Source: Octopus bimaculoides (Eukaryota). From it: 45,346 nt of DNA. A model generated the notes under the pieces. The model was given only the letters and a program-made list of their open reading frames with translations, had not been told where the DNA came from and did not search any database. The position numbers and the translations under genes were made by a program. Positions 1 through 13,200 of this stretch are shown here, piece after piece (the stretch's first letter is position 1; every line of letters begins with the position of its first letter). The DNA lies in assembly GCF_001194135.2 (NCBI RefSeq), contig NC_068983.1:85175375-85220720 (forward strand). Direction: 5' to 3'.

Positions 1-321
1 TATATATATATATATGTATCTGTGTGCATTATTTTTCACTTTACACATATACCAGCACATATTTTTTGAGTATTTATATTTTTATACTTTAGATTTTATA
101 ATTTTTGTTTAAATATGTCTATGTATTGCCATTATCTCAATATCCCGCTTCTGATTTATGGCTTAAAATTAATAGATACTATGTATATCTTTCCTGCTAT
201 TGCATATGTAAGTACCTGGAGCAGTCTTTATAGAAACTACCTAATGATTAATTTTAAGTACCAGAATGGTTATTAAACTGATTCTACATAAACAGAAACT
301 GAAAGAAGCTTCTCATATATA

Positions 322-1542
322 CAGGAATTGGACAAAATAATGGAAACACCTAGCATCATAGCATCATAATTGTGAAATATCTATAAAACCGCCAAAAGCT
401 TGTTTATTTTTGTTTTTTCATATATTATTAGTATTGCTTAATATGTTTTGCTAAACTTGCTGTTTCTTTTCAATTATCATCAGAAAAAGGTAATTAAAAT
501 TCATTAAAATGACAAATCTATCAGACTTTCAAAGATGTCAAATTGTTGGTGCTTGTATGGCAGGTGCTAGCATAACGAAAACAGCCGAAATGTTTGGTGT
601 ATTAAGAAGTACTGTCTCGAAAGAAATGACAGCCTTTGAGAAAGAGGGAAAAACAAAAACTCCGGAAGAAAACCCAAACTTTCAGATAGGGATTGTCAGA
701 CTCTTACGCAAATTGTTAGAAAGGATCACAAAAGTACAGCTCCCAAAATTACTGCAGAGCTTAATGACTACCTCGAGAACCCACAAAGCCAGATTTCACA
801 GGAGGGTTGCAATCAGAAGACCACTACTTTCCAAAACAAACATTGCAAAGCATTTAGAGTGGAGTAAAAACCTACAGAATTGGTCCCTAGAGCAGTCGGA
901 AAATGTTATTTTCTTGGATGAGTCATCCTTTACCTTATTTTTGACCACTGGCCGAGTATATGTGTGGAGACAGCTAAAAGAAGCATTTGACCCAGTCTGC
1001 CTTCTTCCAACTGTTAAACATGGAGGAGGATCTGTGATGATCTGGAGGGCTATATCTTGGAAATCTGCCAGCACAATGGTTTCCCCTTCATGTCAGAATT
1101 AATAGTCAAGACTATTTAAGCATTTTATCTGATAAATTCATCCTGTGGCTACAGAACTGTTTCCAAAAGAAAATACAATCTTTCAGGATGATAATGCACC
1201 AATTCACACAGCTAAAGTTGTTATTGAATGGCATGAGGAACATTCTAGTGAAGTTGAACATATTATCTGGCCAGTCCCCAGATCTCAATGTTATTGAACA
1301 TTTATGGTGCATTTTAGAAAAACAAGTAAGGAGTTGATATCCTCTACCATCATCACTACAAGAACTGGAGACTGTTTTAGCTGAAGAATGGACAAAAATT
1401 CCTTTGGAAACAATATGAACTTTGTACAAGTCCATTCCTCTTAGAATTCAAGCTGTTATTACTGCCAAAGGCAGTTCTACTCCATATTAAAATAAATTTG
1501 TTTGGAATTTTAAGGTGTTTCCATTATTTTGTCCAACCCCTG
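322..1542 (+). mobile_element. Tc1/mariner DNA transposon, near full length (1221 bp), reconstructed DD36E spacing
   Basis: 30-bp TIRs at 322-351 and 1513-1542 (2 mismatches); TA at 320-321 and 1543-1544; internal transposase remnant. Confidence 0.95.
509..1490 (+). pseudogene. Frameshifted Tc1 transposase
   Basis: HTH MTNLSDFQRCQIVG; motifs VIFLDESSF, TVKHGGGSVMIW, FQDDNAPIH, SPDLNVIEHLW; several frameshifts; TAA at 1488-1490. Confidence 0.92.
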
Positions 1543-1544
1543 TA

Positions 1545-1588
<44 letters not shown>

Positions 1589-1602
1589 GTGTGTGTGTAT
1601 AT
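1545..1602. repeat. (TG)n/(TA)n microsatellite at the right end of the Tc1
   Basis: Direct reading. Confidence 0.9.
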
Positions 1603-2619
1603 ATAACAGTTGTAAACATTAACATTACTGTCATACAAGTGATGCTTTTCATTTCCAATCTTCCATGCAAATATGTCTGGTCATGGGAAAATATTAACCT
1701 TGCTTGGAAACATAACAGGTTGGTAACAAGAACATCCAATTATAAAAGATCTGCCTCACAGAACTCTATCTGAGTCATGCAAGCATAGAAAAGTGGACAT
1801 TAAAACAACGTTAATAATGACTAATTACATAAAGCTAAGTATAATTTCACATTAAGAGCATTAGTCTATTCACACATATCTAAAGAGAAGGGAAAGCTTA
1901 AGAAAATATGGATAATGAACCACTGCATAAAATCAGCTTCTTAATCTGCTACTTTTTGTGTGCAAAATGTGAAGGGGACGTTTGTAAAAGGGCTATTTGG
2001 CCAAAGGGACCACTGAGCTATGAAAAGTTGAGAACCGCTTATTTATATGTGTGTGTTCATTGATTTGTTCATTTTCACAAGGGAAGATTTTTTTGGAGCA
2101 TTTGCATGTCTGACTTAAAAATCCAGTTGTTCCAGAAGATATAGTTTTGAGAGGGAACTGAACTAGTGATACCAACTGGTACAACATTCACATTCTGCTG
2201 TTGGGCATATCTATGTTCTCCACACCTCTACTTTCAAATTAGCATACTTCAATATCTTTTCTGCTCACTTGTCTGTTATGTTTTTGTCTGAAGCAACTGC
2301 AACATTTATTACAAGACATTTTCTTTCTTTTTTTAATGTCCAGTATAATTGATATCTGGTCTATGATGTCCAGTTGTTCTGTGTGTCTGAATATCAAAAT
2401 TCTAGTGAATTTTTGGTTTACCAGGTTCATTTAGAGCCATTTCTAGAACGTGGTTGTACCACTTGACTGAAATATTGCACTTTTTACAAAGTGACTTATG
2501 TAAATTGAGACTTACTTTACCATAACTTTCCTTTTATTCTTTCTAACCTAACATTTTGCAGCCTGCTATAATGTGACTGGTATTTTTCACTCATTGATTA
2601 CATAGTTAATACTTCTTCA

Positions 2620-3650
2620 TTAAAGCAGTGAAAGTTCAAATCCTACTGAGGTCAACTTTGCCTTTTATCCTTTTTTAGGATTAATAAAAATATAATACCA
2701 GTCAAGTACCGGTGTTGACTAATTTTCCCCTCCTCACCCCAAATCATAGGCCTTGTACCTCCAGCTTTACATTCTGAATTCAAATTCCACCAAGGTCAAC
2801 TTCGCTTTTCTTTCTTTCACAGATCAATGAAATAAATGTGATAATAATAATTATTATTATAATTGAGGCTGCAAGCTGGCTGAATCATTATCATGCTGGG
2901 TGATGTTCTTGGTGGCATTTCATCTGTCCTTATGTTCTGTGTTCAAATACTGCCATGGTTGACTTTGCCTTTCATCCTTTTGGGGTCGATCTAATTGACT
3001 GGTACTCTCCCCCAAAATTTCAGGCCTTATTCCTATAGTAGAAAGGATTATTTTGTAAGGTGGTGAGGTGGTAGAATTGTTAGCACACCAGGTAAAATAG
3101 ATACCAGTTGGACACTGGGGGTCGTTGTAATCGACTACCATCCCCACCACCCCAAAAAATGCTGGCCTTGTGCCAAAATTTGAAACCATTTTTCTTATAA
3201 CAATGGTGGAGTATTGGCAGAGTTGCTAATGTGTCAGACAATATGTATTTGTGGTATTTGTTTTGGCTGTTTAGATTCTGAGTTAAAATCCCATGAAGAT
3301 CAACTTTGCTTTTCATCTCTTTGGGGGTCACTGAAATAAAATACCAGCCAAGTACTGGAGTGAGTGGTTTTAACTAGCCTCCAGCCTCCTCTCCCAAATT
3401 CCTGACCTTGTACTTATGTGATTATTATCACATTGGCAGTCATTTGGTATACTCAATAAGTATTGGCCAAAAAGCCTTGTGGTATTTTACTACATATCTT
3501 TGTTTTGAGTTCAGATCCTGCCATGGTTGATTTTTACCTTCCCTCCTTTTAGGCTCAGGAAGTGTCAGTCAAGTAAATGGCTAAATTTAGTCAACTACTC
3601 TCCCTTCCTCCAAATGTGTGGCTTTGTGCCCATGCTAGAAATCCTTATAA
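2620..3650 (+). mobile_element. Cluster of about 5-6 decayed tRNA-derived SINE copies (called family A here)
   Basis: Repeated gttcaaat..gtcaactttgcctttcatcctttt/ggggtcga..gccttgt motifs, the same as in the copies at 17434 and 22722. Confidence 0.8.
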
Positions 3651-4109
3651 GCATCTGAATTTTACAGATCTCTTCTTTTCCTTTTCTTAAAACAGTGTTC
3701 CTTTTTGTCAAAATAAGAAATAATTTCTAAAAAAAATTAAAAAGGAAAATGCATTGCAGCATACATATAAAAAAAAAACACTTCTCTCTCTCTCTGATTC
3801 CTATTATATATGAGTATATTTGTGTAGTTGTTGATTTATTTGTTTTTAAGGTGACTTTCTTGTTATCAATAACCCTGATCCAGAAAACTTATGACTAAAG
3901 GAATTTTAGCTGTAATCTTCTCATATTTTTGTACAACTACATTGTTCAGTGTGTCTTATGAATATGTGTGTGCATCATGAGAGAGAGAGAGAGAGATAAT
4001 TTTTTTTTCTAAAATTTCAAAAGCTGGTTGTTTTTCTGCAAAGTAAATTTAAACTTTAAACTGTGACTGTTGAAAATTTGACAAAACTACTTTATTTTCT
4101 TGTGCGTAG

Positions 4110-4213
4110 GTATGATGAACCACCAGCAAGCTACAGCTGCTCACATACAATACCAACAGCGACATATGCCAGCTCGCACACCTGTAAACCAACCAAAGCC
4201 TGTTCCTTTGCAG
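4110..4213 (+). CDS. MED15: MED15 exon (first visible), MMNHQQATAAHIQYQQRHMPARTPVNQPKPVPLQ
   Basis: ttttcttgtgcgtag acceptor, gtgtgt donor; phase 1 in, phase 0 out; Q/P-rich. Confidence 0.8.
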
Positions 4214-7200
4214 GTGTGTATTCTAACTTTTGTCTTTGGACTGTGTTGCTTTGTAAGAAAGTTAACAGCTGTGTACTTATTGATCTTCCATGTTATAGAT
4301 GATGACTACTGAAATAACTAATCTTAAATCTAAATGCTGTATTGCTTTGCTTTACTTTGTGCTTGCTTCTATTTCTATTTTTAAGTCTTCTTATCTTTGT
4401 ATTAAATATCCACTCTAATATATATCATGTATGTCATAATGATAAACAGATTTTATTGTCATTAATTCTTATGAAGAACATTAAATGATGATGATGATGA
4501 CTTTCTTTTTGTATACTGTTTTGAGTTTTGTATGATACTAGTTGTAATGATGGTACACTTGTTTAGAAAGCAATCTATTACACCATGGATTGCGCTTTAA
4601 ATAATTGATGTGGTGGCTAATAATTATCGTTCAGTTATTTAACTTTCAATAGCTTGACATTTCTTCAGTTCGTCTGCTTGTTTAGTTTTTATAAGTTGTT
4701 AATTCTTAATGATTACAAATATAAATTAAATCTCCGGATAGATATTTTATTGATAGTTTGATAGTTACAAAATATAAGTATATTTTTCTATACTATTGAT
4801 TAGTTTTCCTCACTCCTTTGAAATTTATCCAAATTTTAGTAATGTTATGTTATTTCCCATAATGTAACACATAACAAATTAGACTAAATTTGTTAAATAT
4901 TTCATGAGTTAATAAAGAAAAAGTATATAATTAGATGTTAATTAAAATATATTTCTTAAGATTTTCATTGCTTTAAGATGGATAGGATAGTTTCAATTGT
5001 TGGTTTAATCAACATCAGCTGGCTTGAAGAATGTATTTTATTGTCCTTCTCAGTTGTTGATATTACTGTTCTCATCAATCAGTTTATCTTTCACAGAGGC
5101 ATGATGCTTTCATGGTTTCCCAAGCACCACCTCAAGCACAACAACAAGCTCAACCACCAACAACTTCTCAACAACCGGTTCCACCACCACAAACTTCAAC
5201 ACAGCAACAACCCCAACAACAACAGTCAGCACCCCAGCAACAAATGGTTGGTCAACAGATGGCAGTGTCAGGCCCTAATGTAATTCAGTGTTATTTACTC
5301 TAATACACATTTTGTAACTCACAATTATTTTAATTATATTATCTTGTTGATATGATAAACATATTTGTAATAGCTTTCACAGCTTATTCCATATTTATCA
5401 GCTGTATATTACTTCACTGTCAAAGTCACAGTTTTCACTAAAAAAATATTTTCCTTATAACTACAAGTACAGTAATACCTCACTTTACAAGGACCCGCTT
5501 TACGAGACCCCGGGTTTATGAGTTTTATTTTTCAAGCACAAGATCGAAATTTTAACTGAAGTGCAAAAGTTTATACTACCATAACAAGTGCTTCTGTGTG
5601 TCACTGAGAAATTTATAGAAAGCAAAAAAAAAACCTTCTTCTAAACATACAACTCTTGACTTGTTTTTCAAAAGGAAATCTACAAGTCTGTCTGTGAGTG
5701 CTTGTGAATCAGCAATTGTATCTATTAATGATAGCATGTGCAAGTCTAGTATGAGTGAAAGGGATTCAGAAAACAATTATAATATTTTTTTATTATAAAT
5801 GATCTTGACATTTTTTTTCTTTACATAAAATATTCTTTACTTTCTACTGTTATTTCATTGTCATTTATCTATGAGTATTATAAATTTTATAGGTAAAATA
5901 TTCTGGGAACGTATTATGATTTATAACATTGCTACTATGGGAAATTATTGCTTTGCTTTACAAACAGTCTCTGGGAACAAATTAACTCATATATTGAAGC
6001 ATCACTGTATTGTTTTACAAATATCTGACATCTTTCTATAATAGTTTTCCTAAGATTCGTTGTCCTGGAGTAGGCCTTTGATAAAGAGGTCATGAAGAAA
6101 ACTAGTTGTAGGTGAATTACTCAATAGAGCTATACAAGCCGTGTATAGAGGTGCCTTTAACTAGATGAGTTATCAATGATCATTCAGTATTCAAACAGGT
6201 GTCATTAGGGCACAGATCTGAACCCCCTCCTATGTATTATAAGTACTTCAGGCCATAACAGAAGAATTTAAAACTAGTTGATTGTGAAAACTCTTGTATG
6301 TTAATGAGCTAGTTCTTATAGATGAATTATCAAAGAATTTGAGAAGTAATTTAAAATGTTGAAGCAAAACTTACCAAAGACAAAAGTAAACCTAGAACCT
6401 CAAGATAAACTTTGAAAAGTAAGATTTAAATTGTAGAAAACAGTTGTTAGGAACTCTGTACTATGTACCAAAAGTAAAGTGTGATTGCATATGAAATGCA
6501 GTGAGATCATAGGCAGGTAGACAGAGAAGAAATATTAGTAGTTAGTAGTAAGGGTATTCATAAAATAAATTCTTTCAAATTCTTGGAAAGCTCCCTAAAA
6601 GCCGTTGATAGCTTCCTTTACCTATACAACTTAATTAGCAATGGAGATAGGTGTTTCAAAAGCATGGTAGCTATAGTAAGAATGAGGTGAAAAATGTTAA
6701 AGAAGCTATTTCTTCTGCTAGTAACAAGGAGATTCTTTCTCCAAGTGAAGAGCAAATCCCATCCGTACTATGTAAGTGTGACAAAGTGGACATAAAAGAT
6801 AATAATGGTGCGGATAGTTAATACTGCTTTGAAGAAGGAATGAATCTTTCTGTTTCAACTTTAGAGTATCTTTGAACAGTTTCAGTTTGCAAGGTACACC
6901 AAACCTTGCTTAACACAACTGAAATGGTCTTAGCTAATGACATGCTAGTATGACAACTGTCACTCCTTCTTCAACATATACATTATATCTATTTCTTCCA
7001 CTTATCCTGTCACATTTTTTAAAACCCTGCACTAAATAAATAACCAGTTGTCTTTCTTTTAAACTATATCTTCCCATAAAATATTTCAAATGTACTTGGT
7101 TGTCTCTCCACCGACTTATCACAGCAAAATTGATTTTACAAAATGTTTTTCAACAAATCTTTAAGAGTCAATATGTAGTTTAAAAAATATATATAATTAT

Positions 7201-10200
7201 TATTTTTATTTTTCTTCTTTCTTTAGCAACTACCATTCCAAGGGGGCAACCCTCCTTCTGTACCAAGATCAATGGTTCAAAGTCCGTACATGAGTCCACA
7301 GCAATATGGCCAAGTAAGTTAGCAGAATACTTCTTCTGCAATGATTGTATCTTTATTTCATTTTGTTAAGATAATATTAGTATGTGCCGACCATTCACAT
7401 TACATGTACTTACTGATATATCTTTGCTACTTTTGTTGAAGGTGTTTCACTTCCTTTCAAACCCACCTGTTGTACCTACCTCTCTACTTTGCACTAATAA
7501 GTACATTTCTATTTAGTCACTTACTATCCAGAAACAGCAGTAAAATCTCCCTCAAATAACATTGTACTTTCTTAAATAAAGAATATACTGGACAGTATAG
7601 TTCCTGATACTCACAGATGGACTGACTTTTGTTATAAGTTTGTTCAGTCCAAGCTGGACTGGGAATAAACACCATCTCTTCCTTACTATTCACACTGTCT
7701 CTTCTTAAACTTGCACTAACATTACAATCAGTCTGTCATTTCAAAATTTTCTGCTATTTAAAACTGCCTCCTATGTCTGTTCCTTTAGTATACTAATGTT
7801 CAGCATTTCAAGTTCCACATTACCCACACCAATCACATTTATTCTTTCTCATGGTTCATGATGTTTGTTATGAACAATATAGACTAAGGAAATCAGCTCG
7901 TTTGTTTTAAACTACTCAGAACTAACAGAAATATATTTTGTACATCGTCTTTTGCAGAGTCCAAGTCAAGTACAGCCAGCTAGTAATGTCTCACAGTTAA
8001 ATACTGCCCATTCACCTGCTACTCAAGGGTTTGACTTCAAAGCATTTTTCTTTTAATATCTTGATGTAAATTAGTTTTGTTTTCCTTCCTGAAAAGAAGC
8101 ATGCTACTATGCTTACTTCATATCTACTTCAATTAAGTGGTATCTAGTTGATTACAAGTAAGACTATTGTACCTTTAAAAAGAAAATTGCTCTATTAGTT
8201 TACAATTTTTTAAATTTACAAAAGACTTCTGTCATTACTGTTATAGAAAATGGATGTAAATCTCCCAAATCATGAATACAGTATTAACAACTATTGTAAA
8301 TTTTACTTGTTTAAGTCCCTTGAAAAATCTTGACTAAGTACTATAATGCCACTAAAACTAAGTCTGATCATAATGAATATTTTAGAGTGTGATCAGTTTT
8401 GTTTGGGAGATTTGGCTAACTGTTGCATAAAATGTTAAGTGCCATCATTGGTAACAGTTTTGTTGTTCAAAGATCATTTCTTTTCAATGAATATTTTATA
8501 CTTTGATAATTAATGTGACTAGGTTGGTGTTTCTGTCTATTAGATGACCCCTTTTTTATTTTATTTTACCCCTATGTATTACATTAGCCTGCAAAATCTG
8601 AAATTGCCTTACCTGTTCTGTTAGTCTGCTTGAGTTTACTTAATCAACAAATTAAGTGCAACATTAAAACAATAAACTTAACCCTTTCACTGTGGAAAGC
8701 AGATATATCAACTCAAAATTTCATTATCCTTAACTGCAGAAAGCAGTTTTATATACAAATCTATTTTTTGTTGAGGAATGTCATATTTGAAACTATTTTT
8801 TGTTGAGGTAACATGACTTGCTGAAAATACCAATTCTATTTTTTAACATAATTACTGGAATCATCATCATTTAATGTCTGCCTTCCATACTGGCATGGGT
8901 AGGATGTTTTGACAGGAGCCAGCCAGGCAGAAGCCTGCACTAGACTTCTGTGACTGTTTTGGCAGGATTTTTACAGCTGGATACTCTTCCTAACACCAAC
9001 CACCCAACAGAGTGGACTTAGTGCTTTTTACGTTGCACAAGCACAGGCAAGGTTTTTACAGCTGGATGCCCTTCCAAGTGCAACAACTTAACGGTGTGGA
9101 CTAGATGCTTTTTAAGTGGCACCTGCACTGACAGGGTGACTAAGTAACCTGCAAGACAAAAATCTTTTGAGAGGAGAAGGGACACTGGAGGAGGGGATCT
9201 TGTGTCAGATGATGAAAGATTATAGTGAGACAGAGAGACAGAAACAGGTGTCTTGCTGTAGAGGAGGTACAAGGTTACCCAATCTGAGGGAAGGGCAGGA
9301 GAAGGCGCGAGAGAATGGGAGACAGCAGGATAAAGATGGTGCCAAGTGCCAGGCATACTCACAACTGTGAAAAAAAAAAAAAAAAAAAGCGCTTTTAGTA
9401 AGGCTTGTGTACTTAGTGTAGTGTCAGTCATCATCATCATATATCTGTTTTCCATGCTGGCATGGGTTGGACAAGTATATACAAATTATAATTAGTTAAA
9501 CTATGCAAACATTGAAGAGGAAGTGTTAAAAATGAAAATTATGTAGGTTGTTACTAGTTACTCCTTTTCTTTCACTTTAATTTTATCATTTCCATGTCTT
9601 AAAATTCAAAACATTTAATGCAAAAAGTAAGAAATATTAATCCTGGACAATGTTATTTTAACATTTTTTTCTGCAGTTACAGAAGGTAACTCGAGGAAAT
9701 ACAAAAAATGATACTTTGTGCTTATCTGTAGACATGATACAGTAAAAGACTGCTTAGAACAAGCTTGGTCTTTCAAGGTGGTACTGGATATAGGTTTAGA
9801 AGCCCTGCCATATAAAAAATATTTTTTTTACTATGTAAACATCAACGAAAGGGAAAAAAACACCACCTGTCTGAAGGAAGGAAGGAAGGTTGGATGCTTT
9901 CTGACATCAGTGCATGAAAGTATAAGGATTATGTTCTTTACATAAGAGTACCATTCCTTGTTCTCGAATGGTGCACAGAGGACTTTTATTTCCAGAGAAT
10001 CAGCAGAACCATGAATCATCTTAGTGGCTTTCATAACAGGCAAGATGTAATGAACTGGAAGCTATTAAAAAGTAATGCATAGGACAGAAAGACACGAGAT
10101 CTGCAGGGATTTAAAAGACAAAGGGGATAATAAATGGTTTAACTTTACTTACAGCAAGTTCTGGGTGGAATTAAAATATCTATAGCTAAAAAAAGGATAA

Positions 10201-13200
10201 AAACAAGTGAATCTAAAGATTTGGATTTTGGTGATAAAGCACTGCTTATTAGTAAATAAAATTCCTCTGTAGTCTGAAGTGAAATTATTTTTTTGTTTCC
10301 AACTCTCTTAATCACTATTTTTGTTTTTGTACATTTCTAGTTCTCATATGGTCCATTCACCTGCTAACTTGGCTGCACCCTCCCCAAATACTCATATTGT
10401 CCCTTCTCCAGTATCTCGTAATGCTGCCATGGGTGCCCCGTCACCGGGAAGTGCTTTGAATACACCTGGTGAGGATTTCTTTTAATTTATATATTTATTG
10501 TTGTTTTTGAATACTTTACTTTTAATTACAATCTGTGACATCCAAAACTCTCTGTGATTGATTATAGGTAATCCTGGTTCTGTTGGAACTACTGCTAGTC
10601 CGTCTGAAGACCAGGCTTATTTGGAGAAATTAAAGCAGTTATCCAAATTTATTGATCCATTGCGGAGAATGATTCGTAAAACAGAAACTGAAGAAGGTAA
10701 ATTTTGTTTCACAAGTTTTTTTTTTTTTGTTTTCCAAACAATCTTTACCCATTTTCCTCTAAATCTTAATCTGTTTTCCTCTAGATCTTAATCCACTTTC
10801 CTCTAATCTTTATCTATTTTCCTATATTTAACTACTTTCATATAAATATTTTCAATATAACCTACTCTGAATAATATATTTTATAAATCTATTTTTTACA
10901 CTGTAGGTATGAAAGCAATGCTTGTGATACTGTTTCAATACTATATTGGGTCATGTTGCTTAACGTGTTCCTTGCATCTTTCTTTCTGTTTGAGACAGTT
11001 GACATCACTTACAATTCATCACACTCTTCACAATGTGTACTCAGTTGAAACTGTGGCTCTGGTCTCTGGCCATGTGACAGTCATTTGTATTCTGCTCTTC
11101 TTTTTACCTTGTAATGTCAGTATTAAAGATAGTCTCCAATCTGCAGAGGAGACTAGTGAGAGAGGACTGAAGTAGTTAGTGTGTGTGTGCATATATATAT
11201 TATATATATGTGTGTATATATNNNNNNNNNNNNNNNNNNNNNNNNNNNNNNNNNNNNNNNNNNNNNNNNNNNNNNNNNNNNNNNNNNNNNNNNNNNNNNN
11301 NNNNNNNNNNNNNNNNNNNNNNNNNNNNNNNNNNNNNNNNNNNNNNNNNNNNNNNNNNNNNNNNNNNNNNNNNNNNNAAAAAATTAAGGTACTCAGAAAT
11401 CTGGCTGGTTGTATATTTACAGATTTTTATTAATATGTCACATGTTTTATAAATCATATAAAGTGCTTTTCGCCTAATCTTGTAGGATTTTCAAATTTTT
11501 TATTTCACCTTGCAATACCGTCTCTTTATATAGTTTTATTGAGTGTGTAGGGGTGGAGAGAGAGATAAATATAGGATAGTAAGAGAGGGTGAGGAATGGA
11601 GGGAAAAGTGAGAGAGAGAGAGAGAGTGTGTGTGTGTGTGTGTTTGTGTTGGTGTGTGTGTGTGTGCATGTGTATCTGAAAGGAGTGTCAATGGGAAAGA
11701 GAAAAGAAGAAAATTGTGTTTACAGCTGGTCAGTTCTTTCAATAAGTTTATTCTTGGCCTTTTAAAGAAATATATATATGGGCTGGACGGTTTGACTGAG
11801 GACTAGCGAGCCAGATGGCTACACCAGGCTCCAATCTGATTTGGCAGAGTTTCTACAGCTGGATGCCCTTCCTAACACCAACCACTCTGAGAGTGTAGTT
11901 GGTGCTTTTACATGCCACCACACGAGGGCCAGTCAGATGGTACTGGCAACGGCCATGCTCGAATGGTGTTTTTTATGTGCCACCTGCACAGGAGCCAGTC
12001 AGCAGCCCTGGCAATAATCACGCTCGGATGATGCTCTTAACCTTCCACTGGCACGGATGCCATTCAGGTAGTGCTGTCATCGGCCACGTCAGTGAATTTG
12101 ATTTCGATATATATATATATATATATATATATGGGTCAAACAGTTTGATTCAAATTCTGTGGTACTTTAAGTTTCAAGTGTGATGCTAGTCTTCAGCCAT
12201 TGGAATTAGAATTCTAATTCCAATGGCTGAAGGCTAGCATTATCCTTGAGACTTAAAGTACCAAAGAATTTGTATCAACCTGTTTGACCCATACATATAA
12301 TTCCCAATAAATATGTTGAGTGCCCTTCTTTTGTTTGTTTGCTCATGTGTGTGTGTATGTATGTATATACACATACACACACAGACACACGCACACATAC
12401 AAAGTAAAAGGATGAAGAAAATTGATTTGACAATTTAGTTTCTTTAGTATTATTGTTTAACCCTTTAGCAGTCACATTAGTCTGTCAAATGTAATGCTTA
12501 TTTATTCACATTGTTTCAAATTAATCATGTATTATCTTGTAGCCTTGAGATTTTGATGAAGTGGTTGTTATTTTTAGAGATTGGTGTGAGGGACCAAACG
12601 TGGCTAGTTTGAACATAAAACAGGTAGACTATTTTGGCTGGATATGTCCAGTTTAATTGCTAATGGGTTAATGCCAGTTAAACCCTGGTTAAGCAGACCT
12701 ATAATCCAAAGTGCTCCAGCCACAGTCATCTCATCTTTCTGTGTATCTAGGACACGCTACATTTTCTAATTTGTCCTTCCTTTTTAAAGAAAGTGGGTTA
12801 TGATTTGAGCGAGATTTTTACTTCCATTTCTTGCAATGGTAAATTCAAGATGAAGATTAGGCTTAGGGACTAACGACAGAGTTGTGATTTTGAATCTTTC
12901 TTTATCCAGTATGCTGTGTTCCAGACAAGGTTATTACTTTATATTGGCCATTCCAAGAAATGAAAGTTGCACTCGTGTATCTGTGGGGCTATTAATACTG
13001 AACACTTCAAAAGAAAACACTCTAATTTTAAAATAAGCAACTAATATATTTAAATGTTCTTATCATTACCTGTAAATTACTAATGCCATACTAACATTAT
13101 ATATATTCCAGCATTATTTTGTCATTGACATGTAATACTACCTTTGTCACCAGCTTGTTGAAAAAATAGGGAAAAATTCTGGTTATAAATGTATTCTTAC

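Noticed and set aside
4978-5283. 101-aa ORF overlapping the Q-rich exon
   Set aside because: It is an alternative frame of the CAA/CAG-rich MED15 exon; only the 5097-5279 frame fits the splice phases.
9018-9455. 145-aa minus-strand ORF
   Set aside because: Built from SINE fragments, a poly-A run and (CAT)n; no domain signal.
11179-11457. ORFs spanning N runs (also 24854-25362, 26962-27332, 44382-44920)
   Set aside because: Artefacts of gaps and microsatellites lacking stop codons.
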